A stretch of 64,000 nucleotides of DNA from Chloroflexota bacterium (GCA_018606645.1 JAGVRI010000008.1:68036-132035); one strand, 5' to 3'. Shown: positions 9,047 through 19,555, counted from the stretch's first letter. Notes: generated from the letters alone by a model not told the origin. Program-made: numbers and translations.

Positions 9047-10354
9047 ATGACTCGGAGAATCGTCGCATTGGTAAGAGACAAAGGCAGTAGAGCTACGTTT
9101 GCTCGAAATGTCACCTTAACTTTTTTTGTTCATGTCTTCTCTCTCCTCTTAGGAATTGCCACTTCTGCGATTATTGCCCGCCAGTTAGGGCCCGAGGGCA
9201 AGGGTGTCATGAACCTGGCTCTATTGTTGCCCGGGATGCTGGGGCTTTTCTTGAGTAGTGGGATTGGAGTGGCGAACGTGTACTTTGTGAGCTCGAGGCG
9301 TCTAAATGTGCCTACCCTTACAGCGAACTCCACTTGCTACGCTATGCTCTCCTTACTTGCTGGCGTCGGTATAATGGCCATTTTGGTTCCCACAGGTTGG
9401 CTGCAAATGTTAGTGCCGGGGGTTCCCATCTGGATCGTCCTGCTGACGATGTTGGCGCTTCCGATCGAGTTGCTCCGTGGTTACTTCAACGCAATTCTAC
9501 AAGGACTCCAACGAATTATTGCTGTCAACATAGTCAGTCTGGCTCAAAGTGCACTGGCGCTGACGTTCACTTTTGTGCTTGTTCTTGGCTTCCAACTGGG
9601 TGTGCTTGGTGCTGTCTTGTCTTCCTTGATGGCTGGAAGTATGGGCCTCATGAGCGTAGCTGTTCTTTTGCGCCGGGAAGGAGGCGTTTTCAGACCACGC
9701 CTGGATTTTATTGTTATGCGCTCGATGCTGTCCTTTGGCCTGCGAGGGCATGTGGGTAACGTTCTGCAATTCTTCAACTACCGCCTAGACCTGTTTGTTG
9801 TAAACTATTTCCTGGGACCGACAGCCGTAGGAATCTATAGCGTGTCAGTACGGCTTGCCGAGCTGTTGTGGTATCTTCCGAATGCGGTAGGCTTTGTTCT
9901 CTTTCCGAAAGCTGCAGCTAGCAAGCCGGAAGCGCTAAATGTCTTCACACCGAGAATCTTACGCACAACACTGGTTTTGACGGCGCTGGGCGCTCTTGGA
10001 CTCGCGCTCCTCGGCCGACCTGTCATACAGTTCATATACTCTTTCGCTTTTATTGAGGCTTATGTTCCGATGCTCGTGCTCTTGCCCGGTGTGGTACTGT
10101 TGGGAGGTTCTAAGGTACTGACTAATGAGATCGCTGGACGGGGCTACCCGCATTACAATTCCATAACCTCTGGCCTGGGACTTATACTGACATTGCTGCT
10201 GGACCTGCTGTTCATTCCACAATATGGTATAGTTGGTGCCTCCTTGGCATCCAGTCTCGCGTACACAGTGATTTTCTTTGCTGCAGCTACTTGCTATCGC
10301 GCTGTTAGTCGAAGGTCGGAAAAAATTGCACCTATCGGGTCGGTCGAACGATAG
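9047..10354 (+). CDS. wzx: Wzx-like oligosaccharide flippase (MOP/polysaccharide biosynthesis protein family)
   Basis: 435 aa, about 12 predicted TM helices, typical flippase layout and placement among GTs. Confidence 0.65.
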   Translation: MTRRIVALVRDKGSRATFARNVTLTFFVHVFSLLLGIATSAIIARQLGPEGKGVMNLALLLPGMLGLFLSSGIGVANVYFVSSRRLNVPTLTANSTCYAMLSLLAGVGIMAILVPTGWLQMLVPGVPIWIVLLTMLALPIELLRGYFNAILQGLQRIIAVNIVSLAQSALALTFTFVLVLGFQLGVLGAVLSSLMAGSMGLMSVAVLLRREGGVFRPRLDFIVMRSMLSFGLRGHVGNVLQFFNYRLDLFVVNYFLGPTAVGIYSVSVRLAELLWYLPNAVGFVLFPKAAASKPEALNVFTPRILRTTLVLTALGALGLALLGRPVIQFIYSFAFIEAYVPMLVLLPGVVLLGGSKVLTNEIAGRGYPHYNSITSGLGLILTLLLDLLFIPQYGIVGASLASSLAYTVIFFAAATCYRAVSRRSEKIAPIGSVER

Positions 10355-10436
10355 ATACGGACCACAGCAATTCCACGTGGCTGCGGCAGGGCTGGTTGCC
10401 GGGCAACACCCGTAAGACAGCCTGTGGGGCTGGTGG

Positions 10437-11795
10437 ATGACAGGACGCTGGGGGGAGATGAAACCGAAGGTGCCGAACCAAGTGCTCTTTATAGTGCATG
10501 ATTTTCCTCCACTGGGTGGCGGCAATGTGATGCGTGCACTAAAATTTATCAAGTATCTACCCGAATTTGGTTGGCAGCCTATCGTTCTCACGGTTGACAG
10601 CAAGTACTACCGGCCAGATTTACTGGATTATGCGTTATTAGAAGACCTTTCCACAACGACCCCAGTCTACCGGACTCGTAGTCTTCGCAAGGGGTACGAG
10701 CAAACGACTTCCGTTCGCCGATGCGCGCCGAGCAACAACAAAGCTCGTGCTGGATGGTTGTATAAGGCCGAGGACTGGTTAGTGGGTGGGTTAAGGATGG
10801 ATAACTTTCCTGGCCTCCGCTGGTTGCCGTATGCCTGTGCACACGCTCGAGTCGTTTTGGATCAAGCGCAGCGTGTAGACTTGATATTCACTACCTCACC
10901 ACCGCACGATGTTCATATGATCGGGCTTGTGTTGAGTAAGACTTATCGCTTGCCTTGGGTGGCAGACTTTCGCGATGGATGGATGGGTACTCAGATGTTT
11001 GTGTCACCCCATCCTTTGCGAAGATGGTTTGATAGAACTTGCGAGAGGTGCGTCATTTACAATGCGACGAGAATCATTTGTGCAACTGATCCCATCGCTA
11101 ATAACTTCAGCCAGCGTTATCGGGAGGCAAGGAACAAGATTCATACCCTATATAACGGGTTTGACCCTGGTGACTTTGAGATGCACGGCCCAACGTCAAA
11201 TGACGAAAACACGTTCTGTCTTGCATACGTGGGGTCAATGGGCTTACCGCATCGGAGTCCCGAGTTCTTCCTTAAGGCTGTCCGTTCTCTGGCCAGTAAG
11301 AATAAGGCTTTTGCGCAAAAGTGCAGAATTAGGTTTGTTGGACCTGTATGGCATTTTGACCTTACTGGTATGATCCACAACTTTGGAGTCAGTTCATTGT
11401 GCTCGGCCGTTGGGGCTGTTTCCCATGAACGGGCTGTACATTTGATGCAACAGGCAGATGTTTTGTTGTTATTCCTTAACGATCACGGGTTTGGTAGTGA
11501 TAGCATACTGACCGGTAAGTTTGGCGAGTATGTTGCGGCTCGGAAGCCGATTCTGGCAATGGTTCCAGAGGGAATCGCCGCGGATTTTATACGACAATAC
11601 GAGCTTGGCATTGTTGTCAGCCCTAATGATGTGACTGGCATAGAGCAGGCACTGTGTGAGCTGTTCTATCGCTGGCAGAGAGAAGAGTTACGGAATCCGG
11701 ATGTCTCGCAGTTGCTAGAACTGTTCAATCGCAGGCGAACCACAGAGAAGTTGGCGAGGATTTTTGGCGAGGCCATATTGTCCAGTGGGGTCTAA
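10437..11795 (+). CDS. glycosyltransferase, GT4-like with N-terminal glycosyltransferase-4-like domain
   Basis: N-terminus LFIVHDFPPLGGGNVMRALKFIKYLPEFGWQPIVLT; GT-B C-terminal half; alternative start at 10458. Confidence 0.6.
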   Translation: MTGRWGEMKPKVPNQVLFIVHDFPPLGGGNVMRALKFIKYLPEFGWQPIVLTVDSKYYRPDLLDYALLEDLSTTTPVYRTRSLRKGYEQTTSVRRCAPSNNKARAGWLYKAEDWLVGGLRMDNFPGLRWLPYACAHARVVLDQAQRVDLIFTTSPPHDVHMIGLVLSKTYRLPWVADFRDGWMGTQMFVSPHPLRRWFDRTCERCVIYNATRIICATDPIANNFSQRYREARNKIHTLYNGFDPGDFEMHGPTSNDENTFCLAYVGSMGLPHRSPEFFLKAVRSLASKNKAFAQKCRIRFVGPVWHFDLTGMIHNFGVSSLCSAVGAVSHERAVHLMQQADVLLLFLNDHGFGSDSILTGKFGEYVAARKPILAMVPEGIAADFIRQYELGIVVSPNDVTGIEQALCELFYRWQREELRNPDVSQLLELFNRRRTTEKLARIFGEAILSSGV

Positions 11796-11848
11796 GAGAA
11801 AACTGTTGAGCCCCGAAAGACGACAGTAACGATAATGGAGAGTTAACC

Positions 11849-12826
11849 TTGCGGACCTGCCCAACAGGGTATTCGACCGTAGGTGAGCAGAGCGGTAATC
11901 TGAAGGTGGGTGTTGTGTTGGTGAATTGGAACGGTGGCGAGTTGACAATACCCTGTATCAATTCGATCCTGGCTTCAAGTTATGCCCCGTGGCGAATATT
12001 AGTTATTGACAACGCTTCAACAGATGGATCGCCGGATCAGATCGCCAAGGTTTTCCCTGAGGTAATCCTTATCAGGAACAAAGAGAACCTTGGGTTCGCA
12101 GGGGGCAATAACATTGGTATTCGCGAGCTTATGCGAGCTGGTGCGGACTTGGTATGGATCCTGAATAATGACACCGTTATTGATGAAAAGTGCCTGGAGG
12201 CATTGGTACGGCAGATGGAAAAGGAACCAGACATTGCGGCCGCTACAGGAAAAATCCTGTATGAGACACCGCCAAATCGGATATGGTATGCTGGAGGATA
12301 CTGGCGGTACTGGTCTATGACCGCTCCTCACCGAGGACGGCTGGAAGTGGACAAAGGACAATACGACTGTGCGGCTGATGTGGATTTCATTTCCGGTTGC
12401 TGTATGTTGGTGAGGCATTGGGCCTTGGAAAGAAATGGCCTATTCAATGAACGGTATTTCGCCTACTTTGAAGATGTTGAGTGGTGTCTACGGGCGAGGA
12501 GTGCTGGCTTGCGTCTGCACTATGTTCCAAAGGCTGTCTTGTGGCATAAAGTCGCAGCTAGTGTACACAAAAATGCGATGGGTATAAGCGGTGGAAAGTC
12601 ACCACCGCTTGTGTATTACCTGACAACCCGTAATCATATCCTTTTGATTCGTCAGTATGCCGATTGGCCTTGGCAATGGATGTCAGCGCTGGTTTGTCTG
12701 CTGACTAGTCGTCTCTATTTGTCCTTGGGTCTAACTGTACTGGGGCGGTGGGACAAATTGCATAATCTGTGGCAAGGCGTATATGAAGGTTTGACAGATG
12801 GTCTGTGCTGTGACGTGGCTACGTAA
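11849..12826 (+). CDS. glycosyltransferase family 2 (rhamnosyltransferase/WbbL-like)
   Basis: VVLVNWNGGELTIPCINSIL...ILVIDNASTDGS and DxD region typical of GT2. Confidence 0.75.
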   Translation: MRTCPTGYSTVGEQSGNLKVGVVLVNWNGGELTIPCINSILASSYAPWRILVIDNASTDGSPDQIAKVFPEVILIRNKENLGFAGGNNIGIRELMRAGADLVWILNNDTVIDEKCLEALVRQMEKEPDIAAATGKILYETPPNRIWYAGGYWRYWSMTAPHRGRLEVDKGQYDCAADVDFISGCCMLVRHWALERNGLFNERYFAYFEDVEWCLRARSAGLRLHYVPKAVLWHKVAASVHKNAMGISGGKSPPLVYYLTTRNHILLIRQYADWPWQWMSALVCLLTSRLYLSLGLTVLGRWDKLHNLWQGVYEGLTDGLCCDVAT

Positions 12827-14105
12827 AGGTTTTCTGTTCTTGGCAGTGGTAGCCGCGACAATGCCTCGGCTGGTGGGCTCAGCCTATCTCAACCTGGCAT
12901 CCGTTTATCTGTTCCGTGGATTGTCGCAGAGTCATGTCTCTTTTTCGTATACAGCCGAACGTGCAGTATACGTGACAGAGGAAATAGGAGCGCGGGAATT
13001 GCAGCGAGCTAGTACATGGGCTAAGGCGGGATCAAACGTTGACGGTGATCATCCCCGTCTTCTCTGTGTGGCATTACGTGCAGCGTTCGGCCGTATGGAC
13101 TGGGGCGAGGTCGTGGATTCTGACTCGTCTTGTGACGATCTCAGCCTTAGAGCTCGAGCAGCGCCTTGGGCGGCCGTGGAGGGTCTGCGGCAGCTGCAGC
13201 GAGGCCGGCTTTCAGAAGCGCGGTATAGCTTCCGTCGATCTCTTGTCCAAGGCACAGGATTACTGAGCTTGTCCTTGGATCCATGGTTAAGGCAGGTTCG
13301 CGAGTCAGACGTTGACAGCCAGCTTGCTGGGACAGTGCTTCAGGCTGATGCTCCTCGCTTTCTTGTCGGGCGTATGGTGAATTATGAATGGCGTCCGAGT
13401 CCAGAACCTGTCTCCAAAGATTGGATGCTGGTGGGATATGACCTTGACGAAAGAGCGTTAGAACTCGGAGAGATGGTTGGGATGTCTATCTTCTGGCAGC
13501 CAAGAAATCCGGGTGCCCAGCCAGAAGCGGGTTGGCTGCGGGTTGGTGATTTCTGGCGTGAGGATTTGCGCTTGGTGAATCTGATCCCGGACGCGGGCTT
13601 TGAGTGGGAGGCAGAGGGTCAACCGGGCTGGTATGGTCCGTCTGATGCAACTCGGATTATACGCGTCGAGCGTAACGGCTACATGACCTATGCGAAAGCG
13701 ATCATGGCGAATCCAACTGGTGGAGGTACGATCGTCTCGACTCCAATTATGCCATTAGGGCGCGATTGCGCTTACCTGATCGGGGGATGGGTACGTAGTG
13801 AAGGCGGAGGTCCAACCTTGAGCGTAGTTTGGGCTGGGCTCGAGGATAAACCCGACGATCGCGCATTTCTTAACCTAATGGAGGGGATCAGAGACCTGCC
13901 ATGGACTCACGTTTCTGTGTTGGTTACTTCTCCTAAATCCGGAGCACGTGGGGTCTCAGTTTATGCCAGTAACTGGGCCGGTATTCGGCCTGAGGCTATG
14001 CGCCTTCCGGCACTCGTGGTGGTTGACAATATATTTCTAATTCCACTTTCGGTTCCCGGTGCAGCCAATCCGTGTGCCTTCTACGGCCTTAACAATGAAC
14101 AGTGA
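12798..14105 (+). CDS. secreted hypothetical protein with C-terminal CBM4/9-like (jelly-roll carbohydrate-binding) region
   Basis: N-terminal signal-like LFLAVVAATMPRLVGSA; C-terminal pattern NLIPDAGFEWE..GWYG...Y.LIGGWVRSEGGG...VVDNIF resembles CBM_4_9; no catalytic domain recognized; alternative start 12861. Confidence 0.45.
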   Translation: MVCAVTWLRKGFLFLAVVAATMPRLVGSAYLNLASVYLFRGLSQSHVSFSYTAERAVYVTEEIGARELQRASTWAKAGSNVDGDHPRLLCVALRAAFGRMDWGEVVDSDSSCDDLSLRARAAPWAAVEGLRQLQRGRLSEARYSFRRSLVQGTGLLSLSLDPWLRQVRESDVDSQLAGTVLQADAPRFLVGRMVNYEWRPSPEPVSKDWMLVGYDLDERALELGEMVGMSIFWQPRNPGAQPEAGWLRVGDFWREDLRLVNLIPDAGFEWEAEGQPGWYGPSDATRIIRVERNGYMTYAKAIMANPTGGGTIVSTPIMPLGRDCAYLIGGWVRSEGGGPTLSVVWAGLEDKPDDRAFLNLMEGIRDLPWTHVSVLVTSPKSGARGVSVYASNWAGIRPEAMRLPALVVVDNIFLIPLSVPGAANPCAFYGLNNEQ

Positions 14106-14147
14106 GCCGTGGTTGGTTAGGCAGGCCAGCAGAATAGTGATAACAGG

Positions 14148-15704
14148 ATGAGCATTTCGGCGCCACCCTCTCATGGGCTAATACCCCCGGTGATCAAAAC
14201 AGTGCCTTTCAGCGCCAGTGAAATGTTTCGCGCGACCAGGCCAGGTAGCTGGTATCGTTCAAATTGGCTTCGAACTGGACTGGGGCTGATGGTTCTCGTG
14301 ACTGTTCTGACTGCCCTTGCGACTGAAGCAACTTGGGAGTATTTGTTAGGCCAGCTGTCTCTAGCTCTAAGTGTATATGTATCATTATACATCCTATCCG
14401 ACCGCCCCTTGATTAGCCCGATCCAGGCAGTCGTATTCGTTTTCTACTGGTGGTTTGGCGTCGCTCCGGTGGTTTCTGCTGTCCATGCTTACCTGGCAGG
14501 GGCTCCAATCCGCGCTATCTATTACCAGGAGACGGGCAAGGAGGCGCTATGGATTGTGGCTTTCGGATTACCCCTCTATGCTATAGCGGCTAGACGGACT
14601 CTAGATTGGCTGGAAGAGAGAACTCGCCATGCCCGTTTTCTGATGCCAGATGGGTATTTCTACAAGCCTCGCACTTTGCTCGTCTATTGGTGTGTGGGAT
14701 GGCTGGCTTCGGTGGCAGTCCGAGGATTGGAGTTGCTTGGCATTCAGGGTATCACTGAAGTCAACTACCTTGGTGGAACGAGAACAGATATCTGGGTGGT
14801 AGGTGTCTTGCTCCAGATGGGGAGGATTTCTGACTTTGCCACTGTAAGCGTAATGGGCTACCTAAGTGCGCCGGCGCGATCCGTCCCGTGGTGGCTTAAG
14901 GCCATCGGCGTAGCCCTCATCGTGCAGGCGATGGCAGGTGCACTTACCAGTGGCATGAAGTTTGCCTTCGTCAGTCTATTTCTAGTCATCATATGCGCTC
15001 GTCTATCTACTACTCAGCGCCTTCCGTGGCGTTTCGTGCTATTGGTTCTATTTTTATACCTTGCCATAGTCGAGCCGTTTGTCATGTCTGCACGTCAACT
15101 GGCCACAGTGGTTCATGCATCCACCTCCTCAGAGCGAGAAGCCATCTTCCTTGATTATTTTCTTGAGGAGGGTATTAAGATACGGAGTGATTGGCGTGAC
15201 TGGAAGGTGAACTCCTTGTTTCGTGGCATCTATCCCCTCGCAGGTGAAGTGGTGCGTACAACGTCTTTGCTAGAGGGTGTATGGGACGGATCAACGATCT
15301 TATGGGGGCTTGAGGTCATCGTGCCCAGAATTTTGTCCCCGGAAAAGCCCGAGTCATCGATCGGTAATTTTTTCTCCAGGACGGTCGGGGTTTCGGCTGG
15401 TATCACCTCGCCTCAAGATTACATCAACAGCGTTGCCATAAGTATTCCGTTTGAACTTGTCGGGAATTTTGGATGGTGGGCCGGGGTCTTGTTCTTCCCG
15501 CTGTTTGGCTTGCTGTGGACATTCATTTGTGGTTGGCTACTTTCGGCGTCGAGGATCTCGGATCATCCTCTATCACCCATGTTTGTTATTATGACAATGG
15601 GGGTTGAACAACCTCTGGGTAGCTTTCTGGCTAGTGTTCGGAATCTCGTCATGCCTTTGGCCGTAGCCATGTTTCTTTGGATCTTGCTTCGCAAGAGACT
15701 GTAA
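14148..15704 (+). CDS. polytopic membrane protein, putative Wzy-like repeat-unit polymerase
   Basis: 518 aa with many TM helices and a large loop; no conserved motif, assignment by topology and context (next to wzx and GTs). Confidence 0.4.
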   Translation: MSISAPPSHGLIPPVIKTVPFSASEMFRATRPGSWYRSNWLRTGLGLMVLVTVLTALATEATWEYLLGQLSLALSVYVSLYILSDRPLISPIQAVVFVFYWWFGVAPVVSAVHAYLAGAPIRAIYYQETGKEALWIVAFGLPLYAIAARRTLDWLEERTRHARFLMPDGYFYKPRTLLVYWCVGWLASVAVRGLELLGIQGITEVNYLGGTRTDIWVVGVLLQMGRISDFATVSVMGYLSAPARSVPWWLKAIGVALIVQAMAGALTSGMKFAFVSLFLVIICARLSTTQRLPWRFVLLVLFLYLAIVEPFVMSARQLATVVHASTSSEREAIFLDYFLEEGIKIRSDWRDWKVNSLFRGIYPLAGEVVRTTSLLEGVWDGSTILWGLEVIVPRILSPEKPESSIGNFFSRTVGVSAGITSPQDYINSVAISIPFELVGNFGWWAGVLFFPLFGLLWTFICGWLLSASRISDHPLSPMFVIMTMGVEQPLGSFLASVRNLVMPLAVAMFLWILLRKRL

Positions 15705-15754
15705 ATGGTATTAGGATTCAGGGCTTTAATAGGCCATAAGGCGATACAAATGGT

Positions 15755-16981
15755 GTGAGCGATTCTATGCAGCGCACTAGGTTGCGGATCGTCATCCCCA
15801 CGCTCCACTATTTCCCTGATTTCCCTAGCGGTTCAGCCCGCCTCGCGTTTGATGAAGCGCTGCTACTAGCTAACCTCGGTCATGAAGTGTATGTTCTCAC
15901 ACAGGACATTAGAGGGGTTATGCCGGAATATTGTTTGCAGGATGGCCTTCATGTTCTGCGTTATCCAAGCCCACGGGCTGGCGTGTTTGACCCTAGACGC
16001 ATAACAATGCATCAGGAGCGAGCGAAGGACTTGTTGTCGCGCTACGTTGGCAATCAGGTGGATCTGGTCCACGGGCACTCTTTACTCCAGTTCGACGGTA
16101 CCTTGTCGCTGTATTATGGAAAGTGCAGGCAGGGCTATTCTGTACATTCACCGGTGCTCTTGGAGATGCGGGCTGCCAGTCGGGGAGTGCCGGTGCTAAA
16201 GCGTTGGTGGTTGAGAATGGTCGGGCGCTTGGCACATCGGATTGAGCGCCGGTGTCTAGCGAGTTCTGATTTCATTACGGTCGAATCTAACTATACAAGT
16301 TCTCTGCTGGGGGAGCTTCACGGTGACAGAATACTCAAGAAGACGCGGGTGATTCCAGGGTGGGTCGATGTGGAGAGATTCAGAATTATTCCCGATCGTG
16401 AAGAAGTGAAGTCCGCGTTGGGATGGCCGACAGATGTTCCTGTTTTCTTCACCCTGCGGCGCTTGGAGCCCCGCATGGGATTAGACCGTTTACTGAAGGC
16501 GCTGCATCAGGTCAAGCTAGCAGGGTGGCGGTTTCACATGATGATTGGGGGTGACGGCTCGTTGCGCACCCGGTTGGAGAGACTGACGTTCGAGCTGCAA
16601 CTCGATAAGCAGGTGTGCTTCGCTGGCTTTGTGCCTGAAGAGAAGCTGCCTCTGATGTATGGCGCGGCCGATGCATTCATTTTGCCCACGGCAGAGCTAG
16701 AGTGTTTTGGTCTGATTGCTTTGGAATCCCTGGCTTGCGGACGGCCAGTATTGGCGACGCCTGTCGCCGTGATACCTGAGCTTCTGGGTCACTTTGAACC
16801 GCGATGGATGGCTCAGAACGCCAGTGAAGATGGTATAGCGCAGTTGCTAATAGAGTTCCTGAGTGGGAAGCTGCCATCATATGAGCCGGAGTCGTTGAGA
16901 CGCACAGTGGTCAAGCACTACTCGAAAGAACGTGTGCTTGAAGAATTGGTAGCAGTAGCTTTGTCTGCAGGCAGACTGTAA
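15755..16981 (+). CDS. glycosyltransferase family 4
   Basis: ILPTAELECFGLIALESLACGRPVLATPVAVIPELL GT4 E-x7-E region. Confidence 0.75.
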   Translation: MSDSMQRTRLRIVIPTLHYFPDFPSGSARLAFDEALLLANLGHEVYVLTQDIRGVMPEYCLQDGLHVLRYPSPRAGVFDPRRITMHQERAKDLLSRYVGNQVDLVHGHSLLQFDGTLSLYYGKCRQGYSVHSPVLLEMRAASRGVPVLKRWWLRMVGRLAHRIERRCLASSDFITVESNYTSSLLGELHGDRILKKTRVIPGWVDVERFRIIPDREEVKSALGWPTDVPVFFTLRRLEPRMGLDRLLKALHQVKLAGWRFHMMIGGDGSLRTRLERLTFELQLDKQVCFAGFVPEEKLPLMYGAADAFILPTAELECFGLIALESLACGRPVLATPVAVIPELLGHFEPRWMAQNASEDGIAQLLIEFLSGKLPSYEPESLRRTVVKHYSKERVLEELVAVALSAGRL

Positions 16982-18271
16982 GTGATTTCTATCCGAAAGA
17001 CTTTACACTTTGACAGATTAGCTGCATCGGGCAGCGACTATGCGCCTGTGGATATGCCTTGTGGTTGTGATTCGAAGCAACTGAACATTCTGCACTTGGT
17101 CGCTTCGGTCGGGCAGCGTTCAGGAGGAGTCGGTCAGTCGTGCCTTGATCTTGTCCGGCACCAACGCGTCCTAGGACTTAATACGACAATCTGGAGCCTC
17201 ACTTCATCAACCGAGGCAGCTCAGACCGCTGGAGACTATGGGCTAGATGGAGCGAGTGTTGTCACTTATCCGGTTCTGGGGCCGCATTCCATTGGTTATA
17301 GCTCAGCTATGGAGAAAGCGATTGCCTCGGGCAGGGGAGCCATGTATGATGTTCTTCATCAACACAGCATCTGGATGGCTAACTCGCGTGCTGCCAATGA
17401 GTGGCGCGCCGCTTTCGGACGCCCAACGGTGGTAGCCCCTCATGGTACACTCGAGCATTATGCACTAAAGCGCTCGGCTTGGAAGAAATGGCTTGCAGCA
17501 GTTGCCTACGAGAACAAGAATCTCAGGTCGGCGTCTTGTTTGCATGCTACTTCGAACAGCGAGGCGGTCAGCTTTCGCAGATTTGGCCTTGTCAATCCAA
17601 TAGCGATCATTCCAAATGGTGTTTCCGAAACGTGGCTCCGCAGTACGGGTGACGCGGAGTGCTTCCGCCGTCGCTTCGGCATCCCGCCAGATCGACCATT
17701 CTTTCTGTTCCTTTCCAGAATACACCCGACAAAAGGTTTACCTTTGTTGCTGAAGGCTCTGTCAGGTCTTGGGCAACGAGGCAAGGACTGGTCTCTCGTG
17801 ATCGCAGGGCCGGATGAATGCCGGCACACAGAAGAACTTCAGGCTTTGATTCAGAGCCTAGGCATCGACAAACAGGTCATATTTGTCGGTCCACTTTATG
17901 GGCAAGACAAACGTGATGCTTTTGCAGCTGCCGATGTCTTTATCTTGCCCACCTATAGCGAGAACTTTGGCCTTGTCGTCGCTGAGGCTCTTGGTGCAGG
18001 TGTTCCGGTGTTGACGACACGAGGCGCACCATGGGAAGAGCTAGAAACTCATCAGTGCGGCTGGTGGGTAGATGTGGGTGAGATGGCCATTCGGGATGCC
18101 TTGTTGGACGCCATCCAGCGCTCGAAGGATGAGTTGGTGGCAATGGGACAGCGTGGCAAGGTGTTGGTTGCCGAGCGATACACCTGGCTGCAAGCAGCGC
18201 AAAGATCGCTAGAACTATATCATTGGCTATTGGGTCGAGGTAGGAAGCCAGACTTTGTGATAACCGATTGA
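16982..18271 (+). CDS. glycosyltransferase family 4
   Basis: ILPTYSENFGLVVAEALGAGVPVLTTRGAPWEEL; true start probably near 17087 (LNILHLVASVG). Confidence 0.7.
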   Translation: MISIRKTLHFDRLAASGSDYAPVDMPCGCDSKQLNILHLVASVGQRSGGVGQSCLDLVRHQRVLGLNTTIWSLTSSTEAAQTAGDYGLDGASVVTYPVLGPHSIGYSSAMEKAIASGRGAMYDVLHQHSIWMANSRAANEWRAAFGRPTVVAPHGTLEHYALKRSAWKKWLAAVAYENKNLRSASCLHATSNSEAVSFRRFGLVNPIAIIPNGVSETWLRSTGDAECFRRRFGIPPDRPFFLFLSRIHPTKGLPLLLKALSGLGQRGKDWSLVIAGPDECRHTEELQALIQSLGIDKQVIFVGPLYGQDKRDAFAAADVFILPTYSENFGLVVAEALGAGVPVLTTRGAPWEELETHQCGWWVDVGEMAIRDALLDAIQRSKDELVAMGQRGKVLVAERYTWLQAAQRSLELYHWLLGRGRKPDFVITD

Positions 18272-18493
18272 TGCACATTGTAGCAGTGTGTTGATTCGTG
18301 GATTCTTCGGATGCTTTTTTGAATTTGACATCTTTTGTGGTCTTCTGCTTGCGGCTATCAACGTTTTCCCCAAAATGAGTAGCGAAAAACTCTCTTGGTT
18401 GTTGTCACTGCTGGCAGAGAATTCAGGTGCCACCCAGATCGGGCGGGAATAACAGCCCTACAGGTTGGATTAGCGGCAAGGAGCTGGTACTTG

Positions 18494-19543
18494 ATGTTCA
18501 CAGGCAAGACTCTCCTCATCACCGGGGGCACCGGCACTTTTGGCAATGCCGTCCTCGACCGGTTTCTCAATACGGACATTGGGGAGATCCGCATCTTTTC
18601 CCGCGACGAGAAGAAGCAGCATGACATGCGGCTGGCCTACAACAATCGCAAGCTCAAATTCTACATTGGTGATGTGCGCCGGCCCGAAAGTTTGCTCGAT
18701 GCGATGGCCGGCGTGGATTTTGTCTTCCACGCCGCTGCGCTCAAGCAAGTGCCCTCTTGCGAGTTCTATCCCATGGAGGCGTTGTTGACCAATGCCGTGG
18801 GCGCGGAAAACGTGATGAACGCTGCATTAGCCAGCGGCGTCAAACGCGTGGTGCTCCTGAGCACGGACAAGGCCGCCTATCCGATCAACGCCATGGGCAT
18901 CTCCAAGGCGATGATGGAAAAACTGGCCATCGCCAAGTCCCGCGTGGCGGCCGATCGCGGGTGCGTTATCAGCATCACCCGCTACGGCAATGTCATGGCC
19001 TCGCGCGGCTCGGTAATTCCTCTCTTTGCCGAACAGATCCGGGCTGGTCAGCCGCTCACCGTCACCGATCCCACCATGACTCGTTTTATGATGAGCATTG
19101 ACGATGCACTGGACCTGGTGCTTCATGCTTTCACACAAGGGCAACCTGGCGATCTGTTTGTCCGCAAGGCACCTGCCGCGACCATCGAGACTTTGGCGTT
19201 GGCAATGAAACAGGTTTTTCAGGCTGATAACCCGATCCGGATCATCGGCACACGCCATGGCGAAAAAAAGTATGAAACCTTGCTGACCCGCGAGGAATTA
19301 CTCCATGCCCAGGACCTCGGCGACTATTATCGCGTGCAGGCCGACAATCGGGACCTCAACTATGCTCTCTACTTTAGCGAAGGCAAAGCCTCGTTGCCGG
19401 AGGAAGATTATAACTCGCATAACGCCCGGCGGCTGAGCCTGGCGGAGATGGTCGAGATGCTGCTGGGGCTTAAGTTCATTCAGGACCAACTGGCGGAGAT
19501 GAGAGAGCAGAGAACTGGCGTCAGGCTGGCTGCCGGCCTGTGA
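18494..19543 (+). CDS. fnlA: UDP-N-acetylglucosamine 4,6-dehydratase/5-epimerase (FnlA/CapE/WbjB family)
   Basis: MFTGKTLLITGGTGTFGNAVLDRFLNTDIGEIRIFSRDEKKQHDMRLAYNNRKLKFYIGDVR is near-identical in pattern to Cap5E/FnlA N-termini. Confidence 0.85.
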   Translation: MFTGKTLLITGGTGTFGNAVLDRFLNTDIGEIRIFSRDEKKQHDMRLAYNNRKLKFYIGDVRRPESLLDAMAGVDFVFHAAALKQVPSCEFYPMEALLTNAVGAENVMNAALASGVKRVVLLSTDKAAYPINAMGISKAMMEKLAIAKSRVAADRGCVISITRYGNVMASRGSVIPLFAEQIRAGQPLTVTDPTMTRFMMSIDDALDLVLHAFTQGQPGDLFVRKAPAATIETLALAMKQVFQADNPIRIIGTRHGEKKYETLLTREELLHAQDLGDYYRVQADNRDLNYALYFSEGKASLPEEDYNSHNARRLSLAEMVEMLLGLKFIQDQLAEMREQRTGVRLAAGL

Positions 19544-19555
19544 CTGGACGCTCCC

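Noticed and set aside
18272-18493. Possible promoter or ops-like antitermination element upstream of fnlA
   Set aside because: A TTGACA hexamer exists at 18325..18330 but no convincing -10 at proper spacing, and no recognizable GGCGGTAG-type ops motif. Not called.
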